A stretch of 64,000 bases of DNA. Origin: an uncultured Pelagibacteraceae bacterium. GTDB lineage: Bacteria > Pseudomonadota > Alphaproteobacteria > Pelagibacterales > Pelagibacteraceae. Shown in pieces: positions 16,350 to 27,537 of this stretch. The DNA is taken from NCBI GenBank assembly GCA_902582155.1, contig CACHRI010000001.1, positions 73,307-137,306 of the forward strand, written 5' to 3'. A program made the translations under genes and the position numbers. The notes below the pieces were generated by a model. That model had not been told where the DNA came from. It worked only from the letters and a program-made list of their open reading frames with translations, and did not search any database. The stretch's first letter is position 1. Every line of letters starts with the position of its first letter.

Positions 16350-17605
16350 TGAACTTATCAATACTTAAATCTGACAAAAAAAATCTTAATTCTTTCATTG
16401 CTGTTGGAAGTACCCTTATTTTTATCGGTTTTATAGATATTATTTTAAGTTCTTTTTTTAGCACAAACATAACTTCATTTTTACCCGACAAAATAAGTTA
16501 TTTAACTCCATTATTGTTTGGATTATTTGGTCTCTATTTAATAAGAATTGAATTTAGTGGAAATAAACTACTTGATAAAGTTAATACTAATTTTAACTCA
16601 TCAAATTTTAATGCACTATTAACCCTTCTTGTAATATTTTCTCTTATAAAATACATACCACCTTTACTAAATTGGTTTGTGTTTGATGCTAATTTTGCAG
16701 GTAATACAAAAGAAGATTGTACAAGTGGAGGCGCTTGTTGGGTTTTTGTAAAAGTATGGTTAAATAGGTTCGTTTATGGATTATATCCTGACAGTGAACA
16801 ATGGAGAATAAATACTGCTTTTATTACACTATTTTTACTAGTAGGAGGATCGTTTTTTGTCCCTGCAAGATTTAAAAAGTACATTATTATTTTTCTTTTA
16901 TTTATTTATCCGATTATCGGTTTAAAACTTATATCAGGTGGAGATTTTGGTTTAAAATATGTTGAAACAGGTGCATGGGGCGGGCTGTCTTTAACTTTTA
17001 TTGTTTCTGCATTCGCTTTAATACTATGTTTTCCTATAGGTACAATTTTGGCATTAGGTAGAAGATCAAAACTTCCTGCAATTAGATACACGTCAATTGG
17101 ATTTATAGAACTATGGAGAGGAGTACCTTTAATTACAGTTTTGTTTATGTCGGCAGTTATGTTTCCTATGTTTCTTCCAGACGGAACTTATGTAGATAAG
17201 TTAATAAGGGTGTTAATTGCAATTACATTGTTCGAAGCTGCTTATATGGCTGAAGTCGTAAGAGGAGGGTTACAAGCTCTTCCTAAGGGTCAATATGAGG
17301 CTGCTAAATCATTGGGTATGGGTTATTGGAAAATGCATTTTCTAATAATTTTACCTCAAGCTCTAAAATTAGTAATCCCAGGAATAGCTAATACGTTTTT
17401 AGCATTAGTAAAGGACACACCTTTGATATTTGTAGTAGGACTGTTAGAGTTAGCTGGAATGGTAAATTTAGCTAAAACTAATCCAAAATGGCTAGGAATG
17501 GCTATGGAAGGCTATGTATTTGCAGGTTTAGTATTTTGGGTAATATGTTATGTTATGAGTAGATATAGTCAAAATTTAGAGAAAAAATTAAAAACTGAGA
17601 GATAA
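16349..17605 (+). CDS. aapM: general L-amino acid ABC transporter permease
   Basis: GACW, WGGL, RGVPLITVLFM, AYMAEVVRGGLQALPKGQYEAA. Confidence 0.93.
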   Translation: MNLSILKSDKKNLNSFIAVGSTLIFIGFIDIILSSFFSTNITSFLPDKISYLTPLLFGLFGLYLIRIEFSGNKLLDKVNTNFNSSNFNALLTLLVIFSLIKYIPPLLNWFVFDANFAGNTKEDCTSGGACWVFVKVWLNRFVYGLYPDSEQWRINTAFITLFLLVGGSFFVPARFKKYIIIFLLFIYPIIGLKLISGGDFGLKYVETGAWGGLSLTFIVSAFALILCFPIGTILALGRRSKLPAIRYTSIGFIELWRGVPLITVLFMSAVMFPMFLPDGTYVDKLIRVLIAITLFEAAYMAEVVRGGLQALPKGQYEAAKSLGMGYWKMHFLIILPQALKLVIPGIANTFLALVKDTPLIFVVGLLELAGMVNLAKTNPKWLGMAMEGYVFAGLVFWVICYVMSRYSQNLEKKLKTER

Positions 17606-18337
17606 ATGAGTAAAATAATTGAATTAAAAAATGTAAACAAATGGTTTGATAAATTTCAAGCTCTAAAGGATATTAATTTAGAAGTTAATCAACAAGAAAA
17701 AATTGTAATTTGTGGACCGTCAGGCTCAGGTAAATCTACTTTAATAAGATGTATAAATAGGCTAGAGGAGCACCAAGATGGCAAAATAATAGTAGATGGA
17801 AAAGAGATCTCAGAAAATACAAAAGATCTTGAAAAAATTAGAGCTGAGGTAGGAATGGTATTTCAACAATTTAATTTATTTCCTCATTTATCAATTTTAG
17901 ACAATTGCACCTTAGCACCTATTTGGGTAAAAAAAATGCCAAAAAAAGATGCTGAAGCACTCGCTATGAAAAATTTAGAGAGAGTTCAAATTGCTGACCA
18001 AGCAAAAAAATTTCCTGGACAATTATCTGGAGGCCAACAACAAAGATCTGCTTTGGCTAGAGCTTTGTGTATGGAACCAAAAATTATGCTTTTTGATGAG
18101 CCTACATCAGCACTTGATCCAGAAATGATTAAAGAAGTTTTAGATGCAATGGTAGATCTTGCTAAAGCTGGAATGACAATGATTGTGGTAACACATGAAA
18201 TGGGTTTTGCAAAAGAAGTTGCAGATAATATGATTTTTATGGATGAAGGAAAAATTGTAGAAAAAGCAAAAACTAAGGATTTTTTTGAAAATCCAAAATC
18301 AGACAGAACTAAATTATTTTTGAGTCAAATATTATAA
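17606..18337 (+). CDS. aapP: amino acid ABC transporter ATP-binding protein
   Basis: [30 protein letters not shown]. Confidence 0.95.
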   Translation: MSKIIELKNVNKWFDKFQALKDINLEVNQQEKIVICGPSGSGKSTLIRCINRLEEHQDGKIIVDGKEISENTKDLEKIRAEVGMVFQQFNLFPHLSILDNCTLAPIWVKKMPKKDAEALAMKNLERVQIADQAKKFPGQLSGGQQQRSALARALCMEPKIMLFDEPTSALDPEMIKEVLDAMVDLAKAGMTMIVVTHEMGFAKEVADNMIFMDEGKIVEKAKTKDFFENPKSDRTKLFLSQIL

Positions 18338-19327
18338 CCAATTGGGTATTGGCAAATTTTTCTTTCTTAAAAAATCTTTATTAAAAATCTTACTTGCATA
18401 CCTTTTTCCATCGTCACAAAGTATTGTGACAATCGTTTTGCCCTTACCTAAAATCTTTGCCAATTTTACCGCTCCAGCTATATTTATGCCTGAAGAACCA
18501 CCTAAAGTAATATTTTGTTTTTCGATTAAATCATATACAAAATTTAGAGCCTCAACATCATTTGTTTGAAAAGCATCATCAATAATAGCTTTCTCAAAAT
18601 TTTTTGTAATTCTACCTGTACCAATTCCTTCGGTAATTGAATTACCAGAACTTTCTAACTTATTATTTTTTATATAAGAGTATAAAGATGACCCCATCGG
18701 ATCAGATAATGCTATTTTTATATTTTTATTTTTTTCTTTTAATCCAATTGAAACTCCGGCTAAAGTACCACCGGTACCAACCGCACAAGTAAAACCATCA
18801 ATTTTCCCTGATGTTTGAGACCAAATTTCTTCAGCTGTAGTCTCAATGTGTGCTTGAGTATTTACAATATTGTCAAATTGATTTCCCCACACAACTCCAT
18901 ATTTATGATTTTTTTGTAGATCTTCAGCAATTTGTTTGGATTGTTTTATATAGTTTTTTGGATTAGAAAAGGGAACTGCTTCAACTTCTATTAATTCAGC
19001 TCCAAGTTTTTTTAAAGTATTTTTTTTTTCTATTGATTGAGTTTTTGGTATAACAATTTTTAATTGTAATCCGTACTCTTTGCAAACTACCGCTAATCCT
19101 ATTCCAGTATTTCCTGCAGTTCCTTCAACTATTACTCCTCCTTTTTCTATTTTTTTTTTATTTAAAGCATCTTTTACGATATATAAAGCAGCTCGATCTT
19201 TTACGGACTCCCCTGGATTAAAATATTCTGCTTTTCCGTAAATATTACAACCAGTCAATTCTGAAACTTGTTTTAACTTGATTAATGGTGTATTACCAAT
19301 TTGATTTATAACGTTACTTGGTTCCAT
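18332..19327 (-). CDS. cysK: cysteine synthase family PLP enzyme
   Basis: [31 protein letters not shown]; ATG 19327 preferred over TTG 19333. Confidence 0.88.
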   Translation of the reverse strand: MEPSNVINQIGNTPLIKLKQVSELTGCNIYGKAEYFNPGESVKDRAALYIVKDALNKKKIEKGGVIVEGTAGNTGIGLAVVCKEYGLQLKIVIPKTQSIEKKNTLKKLGAELIEVEAVPFSNPKNYIKQSKQIAEDLQKNHKYGVVWGNQFDNIVNTQAHIETTAEEIWSQTSGKIDGFTCAVGTGGTLAGVSIGLKEKNKNIKIALSDPMGSSLYSYIKNNKLESSGNSITEGIGTGRITKNFEKAIIDDAFQTNDVEALNFVYDLIEKQNITLGGSSGINIAGAVKLAKILGKGKTIVTILCDDGKRYASKIFNKDFLRKKNLPIPNWL

Positions 19328-19342
19328 AATCAAAATTATATG
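19325..19342. promoter_or_regulatory. candidate bidirectional leaderless promoter
   Basis: Minus TATAAT at 19335-19340 and plus CATAAT at 19325-19330, each overlapping the opposite gene's start codon. Confidence 0.5.
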
Positions 19343-20023
19343 AAAAAAATTTTAGTTTCAATTATTTTATACTTCTTTTTAAATGCTAATTCTTTTAGTC
19401 ATTTACAACATTATTCTGAGGTTAATTACTTAGAATATGATTTATTTAGAAACAATGACCTAATTGGTTCACATAATTATGAATTTACCAGAAATAATGG
19501 CAATTTGACTGTTAAAAGCGTTGTAAACTTTAAAATTACTAAACTTGGAATAGACTTATATAAATATTATGCTGAAAGTACTGAAAATTACAAAAATAAT
19601 GTGTTTAATTCATTCAATTCTAAAACTATTCAAAATAAAAAAAATAAATATGTCAAAATAAATCTAAATACTGAAAAAAATAAACTATATATAAACGGGT
19701 CTTCATATAAAGGAGACGGAGATATAGATTTTATGGTAGGTACCTGGTGGAATCATGAAATAGTCAGTGCGAAAGCTCAAATTAGTGCAATTTCTGGAAG
19801 AATAATCGAGCAAAAAGTAGAATTTTTAGGAAAAAAACAAATAGAATTAAACGGAAAAAATTATGAAGCTCTTCATTTTAAATTTTTATCATCAGATGAG
19901 ACTTTACCTGACAATAAAAAATTAAATACTGATATCTGGTATGATGCAAAAACAATGATTTGGTTAAAAGCAAGATTTGTAAAACAAGGTAATTGGGAAT
20001 ACAGACTTAAAAAACTTAATTAA
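19340..20023 (+). CDS. exported hypothetical protein (DUF6134-like)
   Basis: Signal peptide MKKILVSIILYFFLNANSFS; IGSH, TWWN, DIWYD pattern; ATG 19340. Confidence 0.75.
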   Translation: MKKILVSIILYFFLNANSFSHLQHYSEVNYLEYDLFRNNDLIGSHNYEFTRNNGNLTVKSVVNFKITKLGIDLYKYYAESTENYKNNVFNSFNSKTIQNKKNKYVKINLNTEKNKLYINGSSYKGDGDIDFMVGTWWNHEIVSAKAQISAISGRIIEQKVEFLGKKQIELNGKNYEALHFKFLSSDETLPDNKKLNTDIWYDAKTMIWLKARFVKQGNWEYRLKKLN

Positions 20024-20186
20024 TTTCTATTTTTGGCTGTTTTTTTTGCAGATATGTCAATAGTGTTTTTATGTTTTTTTTGCTATTTAGACCCCCAAAA
20101 TACTCAAAAAAAAATTAACCCAAGTTGAACTTAGCTGTTGCATAAATAGAGAAATTAATGTTGAATATTTAAAATTGGGAGATCAA

Positions 20187-20552
20187 ATGGAAGAAAATTT
20201 TAACCTGCATTTAGGAAAAAAATTACGTATGAGAAGACTTTCATTAGGTCTAACACAAACAAAAGTCGCTGAAGCAATTAATGTTACTTTCCAACAAATA
20301 CAAAAATACGAAAAAGGGACTAACGGAGTTAGCTCTAACCGACTTATGCAATTATCAAATTATCTAAAAGTTCCAATAACTTATTTTTTTGAGGATTTTA
20401 AAAATTTTAATGATTTGAAGAATACCCAAGACGATAGTGAAGATCTTAATTACTCATTTCTAAGTAAAACTTTTGCCGCATTGTCGAAAACTCAAAAAGA
20501 AAAAATCTTACAAATATTAAAAAATACGGTTTCTTTGGAAAAAACTGGTTAG
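20187..20552 (+). CDS. XRE-family helix-turn-helix transcriptional regulator
   Basis: RRLSLGLTQ...VTFQQIQKYEKGTN; GGAG RBS before ATG 20187. Confidence 0.92.
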   Translation: MEENFNLHLGKKLRMRRLSLGLTQTKVAEAINVTFQQIQKYEKGTNGVSSNRLMQLSNYLKVPITYFFEDFKNFNDLKNTQDDSEDLNYSFLSKTFAALSKTQKEKILQILKNTVSLEKTG

Positions 20553-20628
20553 TGGCTCCTCGGGCAGGACTCGAACCTGCGACCAATTGATTAACAGTCA
20601 ACTGCTCTACCAACTGAGCTACCGAGGA
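20553..20628 (-). tRNA. tRNA-Asn(GUU)
   Basis: TCCTCGGTAGCTCAG...GTTGA-CTGTTAA-TCAAT...GGAGCCA. Confidence 0.97.
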
Positions 20629-20673
20629 ATGATTTGAACATACTTTTTTTAAATTAATAAAACAACTATTTTT

Positions 20674-20747
20674 TGGAGGCCACGCCCAGAATCGAACTGG
20701 GATAAAAGGATTTGCAATCCTCTGCGTAACCATTCCGCCACGTGGCC
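20674..20747 (-). tRNA. tRNA-Cys(GCA)
   Basis: GGCCACGTGGCGGAATGG...GAGGA-TTGCAAA-TCCTT...GGCCTCCA. Confidence 0.97.
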
Positions 20748-20845
20748 AATAATGCTTCTTTTAAATCATTTAATAGCTTCAATAAAGCAAAATCTAAGTA
20801 TTTAAGGTTTTTGAGCATTTGATATAAACTATATTGATCATAATA

Positions 20846-23494
20846 ATGGAATTTAAAAAATACAATCACCTAATAGAGGAAAAAAAAATCTCAGATTTTT
20901 GGATAAAAAAAGGTTTATTTAAACCTAAAAAATCTAAAAATAAAAAAAATTTTTCTATAGTTATACCTCCTCCTAATATCACTGGAAGGCTTCACATGGG
21001 TCACGCTTTGAACAATAGCTTACAAGATGTTTTAGTAAGATTTAATCGGATGAAAGGTCATGAAACATTATGGCAGCCTGGAACTGATCATGCGGGTATA
21101 GCAACACAAGCTATTGTTGAAAAAAATCTAGAAAAAGAAGGTATCAAAAAAAACGAATTAGGAAGAGAAAATTTTATAAAAAAAGTTTGGAAATGGAAAG
21201 AGGAATCCGGAGGTATAATACTTGATCAACTTAAAAAATTAGGTTGTTCTTGCGATTGGACAAGAACAAGATTTACAATGGATAAAGATCTTTCTGAGGC
21301 CGTTATAAAAGTCTTTGTTGATCTTTACAGACAAAAGCTAATTTATAAAGACAAAAAACTTGTTAATTGGGATACACATCTACAAACAGCTATTTCTGAT
21401 TTAGAGGTAATACAAAAAGATGTCCAGTCTCAATTGTATTATATTGATTATAAACTTGAAAATTCAGATAACAAAATCACTATAGCAACAACTAGACCAG
21501 AAACAATGATGGGTGATACAGCTATAGCAGTAAATCCCAAAGATTCTAGATATACAAATTTAATAGGCTCAAGTGTGATAATTCCTATTGTTGATAGAAA
21601 AATAAAAATTATTGCCGACAATTATGCTGATCCTGATCAAGGATCTGGCGCAGTAAAAATAACACCTGCTCATGATTTCAACGATTATGAAGTTGGAAAA
21701 AGAAATAAACTAGAAATTATCAATATTTTTAAAAAAAACGGTAAAATAAATAATAATGGAATAAAAGAATTTATTGGCCTTGATAGATTTGAAGCAAGGA
21801 AACTTTTAGTATCAAAACTTAAGGAAAACGGCAACTTAGTAAAAATTGAAAGCATAAAAAATAAAGTACCATATGGCGATAGATCTAATTCAATCATAGA
21901 ACCACTTTTAACTGAGCAATGGTTTGTTGACGCTAAAAGTTTATCAAAAAAACCAATTAAGATTGTTAATCAAGGAAAGACTTCTTTTTTTCCAAAAAAC
22001 TGGACAAAAACTTTCTTTCTATGGATGAAAGATATCGAACCTTGGTGCATATCTCGTCAAATTTGGTGGGGTCATAGAATACCTGCATGGTACGATGATT
22101 ATAACAATATTTTCGTTGCAGAAAATGAAGCTGAAGCATTAAAATTAGCAAATAAAAAAAATAAAAATAAAAAAATCAATCTCAAACAAGAAACAGATGT
22201 TTTAGATACATGGTTTTCATCAGCACTTTGGCCGTTCGCTACATTAGGATGGCCAAATAAAACTAAAGAACTTAAAAAATTTTACCCAACCTCAGTATTA
22301 GTAACTGGATTCGATATAATTTTTTTTTGGGTAGCAAGAATGTTAATGATGGGAAACCATTTTAATAAATATACACCGTTCTATAAAGTTTACGTTCACG
22401 CTTTAGTAAGAGATGAAAAAGGACAAAAGATGTCAAAGTCTAAAGGAAATGTGATTGATCCTATTGAACTTATAAATGAATATGGGGCTGACAGTTTAAG
22501 GTTTACTTTAATTTCAATGGCGTCACCAGGCAGAGATGTAAAACTATCCAGAGATAGAGTCATGGGAAACAGAAATTTTATTACAAAAATATGGAGCGCA
22601 AATAATTTTTTAAAACTTAACAGTTGCAAATTAGAAACAAATATAAATTTTAAGTCAATAAAACTTCCTATAAATCATTGGATTTTTAATGAGTTTATTA
22701 AAACTCAAGATTTAATTTCAAAAAATATTGATATGTTCAGATTTGATGAGGCTTCGAGGCATGCCTATCAATTTGTTTGGCATTCTTATTGTGATTGGTA
22801 TCTAGAATTTTTAAAACCAATTTTTAATTCGAAAAAGAAGAATGAAATTAAGGAAGCAAAAATATTTTCTTCATTTATGATGGCAAATATTCTTAGAATT
22901 TTACATCCTTTCATACCTTTTTTAACTGAGTCTATATGGTCAAAAAATAAATATAATAAAGTATTCAAGGAATATTTAATTACAACTGAATGGCCAAAAT
23001 ATAAAATTGTAAAAAAATTTAACAAAAGCCAAAAGGATGTCAATAATGTAATAGAACTGATTTCAAGCATAAGATCAACTAAGGCAGAATTAAAGATTAC
23101 TCCAAAGTTATTTTGTGACATAATTTTTACTGAAAAATCCAAAAATCTTAAAAAATTGGTAAACGACTATATAAATTTAATTAAACAAGTTGGTAGAGTT
23201 AATGGCATTATTAATAAATATACCAATGATAAAAATGCTATAGATATTCTTGTTTTGAAAGAAAAGCTTTCTCTTAGATTTGACGAAAATATTGATCTAA
23301 ATTCTCAAAAATTGAAAATATTGCAAAAACGAGAAAGTATCCAAAAGCAAATTTCTACGCTGAATAATAAGCTTAAAAATAAGGCATATGTTAAGAATGC
23401 ACCTAAAGAAATTGTTCAAAATGATAAAAAATTAGTGAAAGAATTAACTATTGAAGATGAAAAATTAAGAAGTATTGTATCTAGTATTAATTAA
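20846..23494 (+). CDS. valS: valine--tRNA ligase
   Basis: [29 protein letters not shown]-terminal coiled coil. Confidence 0.98.
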   Translation: MEFKKYNHLIEEKKISDFWIKKGLFKPKKSKNKKNFSIVIPPPNITGRLHMGHALNNSLQDVLVRFNRMKGHETLWQPGTDHAGIATQAIVEKNLEKEGIKKNELGRENFIKKVWKWKEESGGIILDQLKKLGCSCDWTRTRFTMDKDLSEAVIKVFVDLYRQKLIYKDKKLVNWDTHLQTAISDLEVIQKDVQSQLYYIDYKLENSDNKITIATTRPETMMGDTAIAVNPKDSRYTNLIGSSVIIPIVDRKIKIIADNYADPDQGSGAVKITPAHDFNDYEVGKRNKLEIINIFKKNGKINNNGIKEFIGLDRFEARKLLVSKLKENGNLVKIESIKNKVPYGDRSNSIIEPLLTEQWFVDAKSLSKKPIKIVNQGKTSFFPKNWTKTFFLWMKDIEPWCISRQIWWGHRIPAWYDDYNNIFVAENEAEALKLANKKNKNKKINLKQETDVLDTWFSSALWPFATLGWPNKTKELKKFYPTSVLVTGFDIIFFWVARMLMMGNHFNKYTPFYKVYVHALVRDEKGQKMSKSKGNVIDPIELINEYGADSLRFTLISMASPGRDVKLSRDRVMGNRNFITKIWSANNFLKLNSCKLETNINFKSIKLPINHWIFNEFIKTQDLISKNIDMFRFDEASRHAYQFVWHSYCDWYLEFLKPIFNSKKKNEIKEAKIFSSFMMANILRILHPFIPFLTESIWSKNKYNKVFKEYLITTEWPKYKIVKKFNKSQKDVNNVIELISSIRSTKAELKITPKLFCDIIFTEKSKNLKKLVNDYINLIKQVGRVNGIINKYTNDKNAIDILVLKEKLSLRFDENIDLNSQKLKILQKRESIQKQISTLNNKLKNKAYVKNAPKEIVQNDKKLVKELTIEDEKLRSIVSSIN

Positions 23495-23496
23495 AT

Positions 23497-25215
23497 ATGT
23501 CTAAAATAAATAAAAAAAAACTTCCTAGTCGTCATACCTCATTAGGTCCTGACAGAGCTCCTCATCGTTCTTTTTATTATGCTATGGGTGAAACGGAGCA
23601 AGATGTAGCTAAGCCTTTCGTAGGTGTTGTATCTACCTGGAATGAGGCTGCTCCTTGCAACACTGCTTTAATGAGACAAGCTCAGTCCGTTAAAAAAGGC
23701 GTAAAAGAATATGGAGGAACTCCAAGAGAATTTTGTACAATTACAGTAACAGATGGAATAGCCATGGGTCATGAGGGAATGAAATCTTCCCTTATTTCAA
23801 GAGAGATAATAGCAGACTCAGCTGAACTTACCGTAAGAGGTCATTGTTACGATGCTTTGGTAGGTATAGCTGGTTGTGATAAATCTTTACCTGGATTGAT
23901 GATGTCTATGTTAAGACTAAATGTTCCAAGTGTGTTTATTTATGGCGGCTCAATCTTGCCAGGAAAATACAAAGGAAAAGATGTTACCGTAGTTGACGTT
24001 TTTGAAGCCGTAGGAAAACATTCTTCTGGATCAATGACACTAGAAGAATTAAGAGAGCTAGAACTAGTAGCGTGTCCTAGTGCTGGTGCTTGCGGTGGTC
24101 AGTTCACAGCTAACACAATGGCCTGTGTATCTGAAGCAATTGGTTTAGCATTACCTTATTCTGCAGGTACTCCGGCTCCGTATGAAGAAAGAGATAAATA
24201 CGCATTTGAAAGCGGTCGGACTGTAATGAATTTATTAGAAAAAAATATTAAACCAAGGGATATTGTAACAAAAAAATCTTTAGAAAATGCAGCAACTATC
24301 GTGGCAGCAACTGGTGGTTCGACTAATGCTGCTCTTCATTTGCCAGCTCTAGCAAATGAAATTGGAGTTAAATTTGATTTAATGGATGTTGCTAAAATAT
24401 TTAAAAAAACTCCTTATCTCGCTGATTTGAAACCTGGTGGAAAATATGTTGCAAAAGATATGTGGGAAGCAGGAGGTGTGCCGATGTTATTAAAAACTTT
24501 ATATGACGGAGGCTTCATACATGGCGAGTGTATGACAGTGACTGGAAATTCAATGAGTCAAAATTTAAAAGAAATTAAATTTAACCCTGATCAAAAAGTT
24601 TTAAGATCTTTTAACAATCCTTTATCTCCGGATGGTGGAGTAGTGGGTTTAAAAGGGAATTTAGCACCAGATGGAGCAATAGTAAAAATAGCTGGGTTAA
24701 AAAAGTTAAAATTTAGTGGCAAAGCAAGATGTTTTGATAATGAGGAAGACGCAATGAAAGCAGTTCAAACAAAAAAATATAATGATGGGGATGTTATAAT
24801 AATACGTTACGAAGGGCCAAGAGGAGGTCCTGGAATGAGAGAGATGCTTTCAACTACCGGAGCAATTTATGGCCAAGGCAAAGGAGAGAAGGTAGCTTTA
24901 ATTACTGATGGACGTTTCTCAGGAGCTACTAGAGGTTTTTGTGTCGGTCATGTAGGTCCAGAAGCTGCTTTAGGAGGGCCAATAGCTCTTTTGAAAAATG
25001 GCGACTTGATTGATATAGATGCTAAAAAAGGAACAATAAATGTTAAACTTTCTAAATCTGAATTAGCCTCAAGAAAGAAAAAATGGAAAGCAAAAAAATC
25101 TTCTTTTGGATCTGGTACTCTTTGGAAATACGCCCAAACAGTAGGTCCAGCATATTTAGGTGCACCAACACATCCTGGTAAAAAAAAGGAAGTTAAAGAG
25201 TATTCAAAAATTTGA
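23497..25215 (+). CDS. ilvD: dihydroxy-acid dehydratase
   Basis: PCN, DGIAMGH, GCDKS, GGSTN, TDGRFSG. Confidence 0.97.
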   Translation: MSKINKKKLPSRHTSLGPDRAPHRSFYYAMGETEQDVAKPFVGVVSTWNEAAPCNTALMRQAQSVKKGVKEYGGTPREFCTITVTDGIAMGHEGMKSSLISREIIADSAELTVRGHCYDALVGIAGCDKSLPGLMMSMLRLNVPSVFIYGGSILPGKYKGKDVTVVDVFEAVGKHSSGSMTLEELRELELVACPSAGACGGQFTANTMACVSEAIGLALPYSAGTPAPYEERDKYAFESGRTVMNLLEKNIKPRDIVTKKSLENAATIVAATGGSTNAALHLPALANEIGVKFDLMDVAKIFKKTPYLADLKPGGKYVAKDMWEAGGVPMLLKTLYDGGFIHGECMTVTGNSMSQNLKEIKFNPDQKVLRSFNNPLSPDGGVVGLKGNLAPDGAIVKIAGLKKLKFSGKARCFDNEEDAMKAVQTKKYNDGDVIIIRYEGPRGGPGMREMLSTTGAIYGQGKGEKVALITDGRFSGATRGFCVGHVGPEAALGGPIALLKNGDLIDIDAKKGTINVKLSKSELASRKKKWKAKKSSFGSGTLWKYAQTVGPAYLGAPTHPGKKKEVKEYSKI

Positions 25216-26420
25216 TGAAGATTAGACCAGTTATTTTATGTGGTGGAGCTGGCACAAGATTGTGGCCTGATAGTAAAAAAAATATAGCGAAACAATTTAT
25301 TGATTTTGGAGGATGGTCGCTTTTAGGCAAAACACTTCAAAGAGTAAAAAACTCATTATTTGATTATCCAATTATAAGTACAAATGCAAAATATCTAAAA
25401 GAGGTTAAAAATCATTTAAAAAAATATAAAATTAAAAAATATAAAATTTTGCTTGAGCCTGCAAAAAAAAATACAGGTCCAGCTATATTAACTTCAGCAC
25501 TTGTTGAAGATATTCATGAAGAACAACCTTTAATTATTTTATCCGCAGATCATTTAATAGAAAATGAAGATAATTTTTTTAATAATATAAAAAAATATAG
25601 AACAAATTTAACAAGTAAAAATATCTTCATATTCGGTATAAAGCCAAATATTCCCACAGATCAATTTGGATATTTTATAACTAAAAAAAATAAAGGAGGA
25701 TTAAATCAAGTTACCAAATTCATAGAAAAGCCAAGGAAAAAAAAAGCTATCCAGATTATAAAAAAGGGTGGATATTGGAATTCTGGAATGTTTTTTGCAA
25801 GAAAAGATTCTATTATTTACAATTTTAAAAGGTATCAAATAAAAACGTATAATAACTCCTTACTCGCACTCAAAAAAGGGAGGCTTAAAAACAATATATA
25901 TTTTTTAAATAAAAAATTTTTTAATAATAATTTAGCAAAATCTTTTGATTATGCGATCTTAGAAAAAATGAAAGATGTTATGGCAATCAATTTAAATATT
26001 GACTGGTCCGATCTAGGAAGCTGGAAAGAAATTTTATCCATGTTTTACAAAAACAGAAAAAAATATTTAGAAAAGAAAAATATCTTTATAAGACCCTGGG
26101 GAAAGTATACCAATTTATTTAAAGGAAATAACTTTTTAATTAAAGAATTGTACGTAAAACCAAATGGACTTTTAAGTTTGCAAAAACATTTTCATAGATC
26201 AGAACATTGGTTAATAATCCAAGGAAAACCAAAAATTACAATAAATAATCAGTTTTATTTTAAAAAACCAAATGAAACTGTTTTTATTCCTAAAAAAACA
26301 ATTCATAGAATTCATAATCCGAATAAAAAACCTGTTAAAATTATGGAAGCACAATTAGGTCTTATTTTGAAGGAAACTGATATTGTTCGTTATGAAGATA
26401 TATATGGAAGAGTCAATTGA
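25215..26420 (+). CDS. manC: mannose-1-phosphate guanylyltransferase/mannose-6-phosphate isomerase
   Basis: GGAGTRLWP, FIEKP, WNSGMF, WSDLGSW, RPWG, SLQKHFHRSEHW cupin. Confidence 0.9.
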   Translation: MKIRPVILCGGAGTRLWPDSKKNIAKQFIDFGGWSLLGKTLQRVKNSLFDYPIISTNAKYLKEVKNHLKKYKIKKYKILLEPAKKNTGPAILTSALVEDIHEEQPLIILSADHLIENEDNFFNNIKKYRTNLTSKNIFIFGIKPNIPTDQFGYFITKKNKGGLNQVTKFIEKPRKKKAIQIIKKGGYWNSGMFFARKDSIIYNFKRYQIKTYNNSLLALKKGRLKNNIYFLNKKFFNNNLAKSFDYAILEKMKDVMAINLNIDWSDLGSWKEILSMFYKNRKKYLEKKNIFIRPWGKYTNLFKGNNFLIKELYVKPNGLLSLQKHFHRSEHWLIIQGKPKITINNQFYFKKPNETVFIPKKTIHRIHNPNKKPVKIMEAQLGLILKETDIVRYEDIYGRVN

Positions 26421-27189
26421 TCTGAAGTTCAATAGGTGTGTGGTCAGAGGGTTTAATTTTTGATCTTGGTTTTTTATTAATTTTAATTGAAACGACATTT
26501 TCAATTAGGTTATTTGACAATAAAAAATGATCAATCCTCATCCCAAAATTTTTTTGCCATGATCCTGCAAAATAATCCCAAAAGGTATATTCTTGTTTGT
26601 TTTTATTTTTTAGACGAAAAATATCTTTAAAACCTAAGTTTAATAATTCTCTGTATTTTTTTCTAATTTCAAGTTTACCAAGAGCATCATTTTCATATCT
26701 TTTAAAATCATAAACATCTATTTCTTCAGGAATTATATTAAAATCTCCAGCAATAATAATATTTGATGATTTCAACAATTTTTTTTGTATTTTTGATACA
26801 AATTGCTTTAACCACTTTTTTTTATAAGAATATTTTTCCGTCTCGACAGGATTTCCATTGGGTACATAAATATTAAATATTTCAATTTTTTTTTTTTTTA
26901 ATAAAATTTCACCTTTAATAACCCTTGATTGTTTTAATTCATCGTCAATAAAATCATTCGATACATTTTTAATAGGAAATTTTGATAATATGGCTACTCC
27001 GTTATAGCTTTTTTGTCCAAAGACATAACTATCGTATCCATATTTTTTAAAAGCGTCACTTGGAAAATTTTCATTTTGAGTTTTTATTTCCTGTAATAAA
27101 AGAATATCCGGTTTATTTTCTTTTATATAGTCCGTGACATTGTCAATTCTAGCTCTTACTGAATTAACGTTCCATGATATGATTTTCAT
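26413..27189 (-). CDS. xth: exodeoxyribonuclease III
   Basis: SWNVNS, LQEIK, YNGVA, GDFN, RIDH, SDH; ATG 27189. Confidence 0.96.
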   Translation of the reverse strand: MKIISWNVNSVRARIDNVTDYIKENKPDILLLQEIKTQNENFPSDAFKKYGYDSYVFGQKSYNGVAILSKFPIKNVSNDFIDDELKQSRVIKGEILLKKKKIEIFNIYVPNGNPVETEKYSYKKKWLKQFVSKIQKKLLKSSNIIIAGDFNIIPEEIDVYDFKRYENDALGKLEIRKKYRELLNLGFKDIFRLKNKNKQEYTFWDYFAGSWQKNFGMRIDHFLLSNNLIENVVSIKINKKPRSKIKPSDHTPIELQIN

Positions 27190-27506
27190 TAAACAGAAAA
27201 TGATAGGCCGCATCCACAAGATGAGGAAGCTTGCGGATTATTTATTACAAATGACTCTCCTATCATTTCAACTTTAAAATCAATAGTTGAGCCATTAATT
27301 ATTTCTAAAGATGTCTTATCGATTATAGCGTTTCCAAATAATACATCATCTCTATTGGTTGAGTCGTCAAAAGTAAAGTTATATTTAAAACCAGAGCACC
27401 CACCACCTTTAACAGAAATTCTAAAATACTTTTTTGACTTAGATTCGCCAGTAATTTTTTCAATTTGCTGTTTAGCTTTATCAGTAAATACAATTTTTTT
27501 TGTCAT
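27189..27506 (-). CDS. erpA: A-type Fe-S cluster carrier (ErpA/IscA/HesB family)
   Basis: GGGCSG and CGCGLSF; xth-erpA-dgt synteny. Confidence 0.9.
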   Translation of the reverse strand: MTKKIVFTDKAKQQIEKITGESKSKKYFRISVKGGGCSGFKYNFTFDDSTNRDDVLFGNAIIDKTSLEIINGSTIDFKVEMIGESFVINNPQASSSCGCGLSFSV

Positions 27507-27537
27507 TATTATGTAGTATATATTTTAATATAGTTTT

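Noticed and set aside
20034-20130. Sigma54-like TGGC..TTGC and CtrA-like TTAA-N7-TGAAC upstream of the XRE gene
   Set aside because: GG-GC spacing is 11 rather than 10; CtrA match is imperfect and likely by chance in AT-rich DNA
20446-20869. Minus-strand ORFs of 95 and 67 aa
   Set aside because: They read through tRNA-Asn and tRNA-Cys
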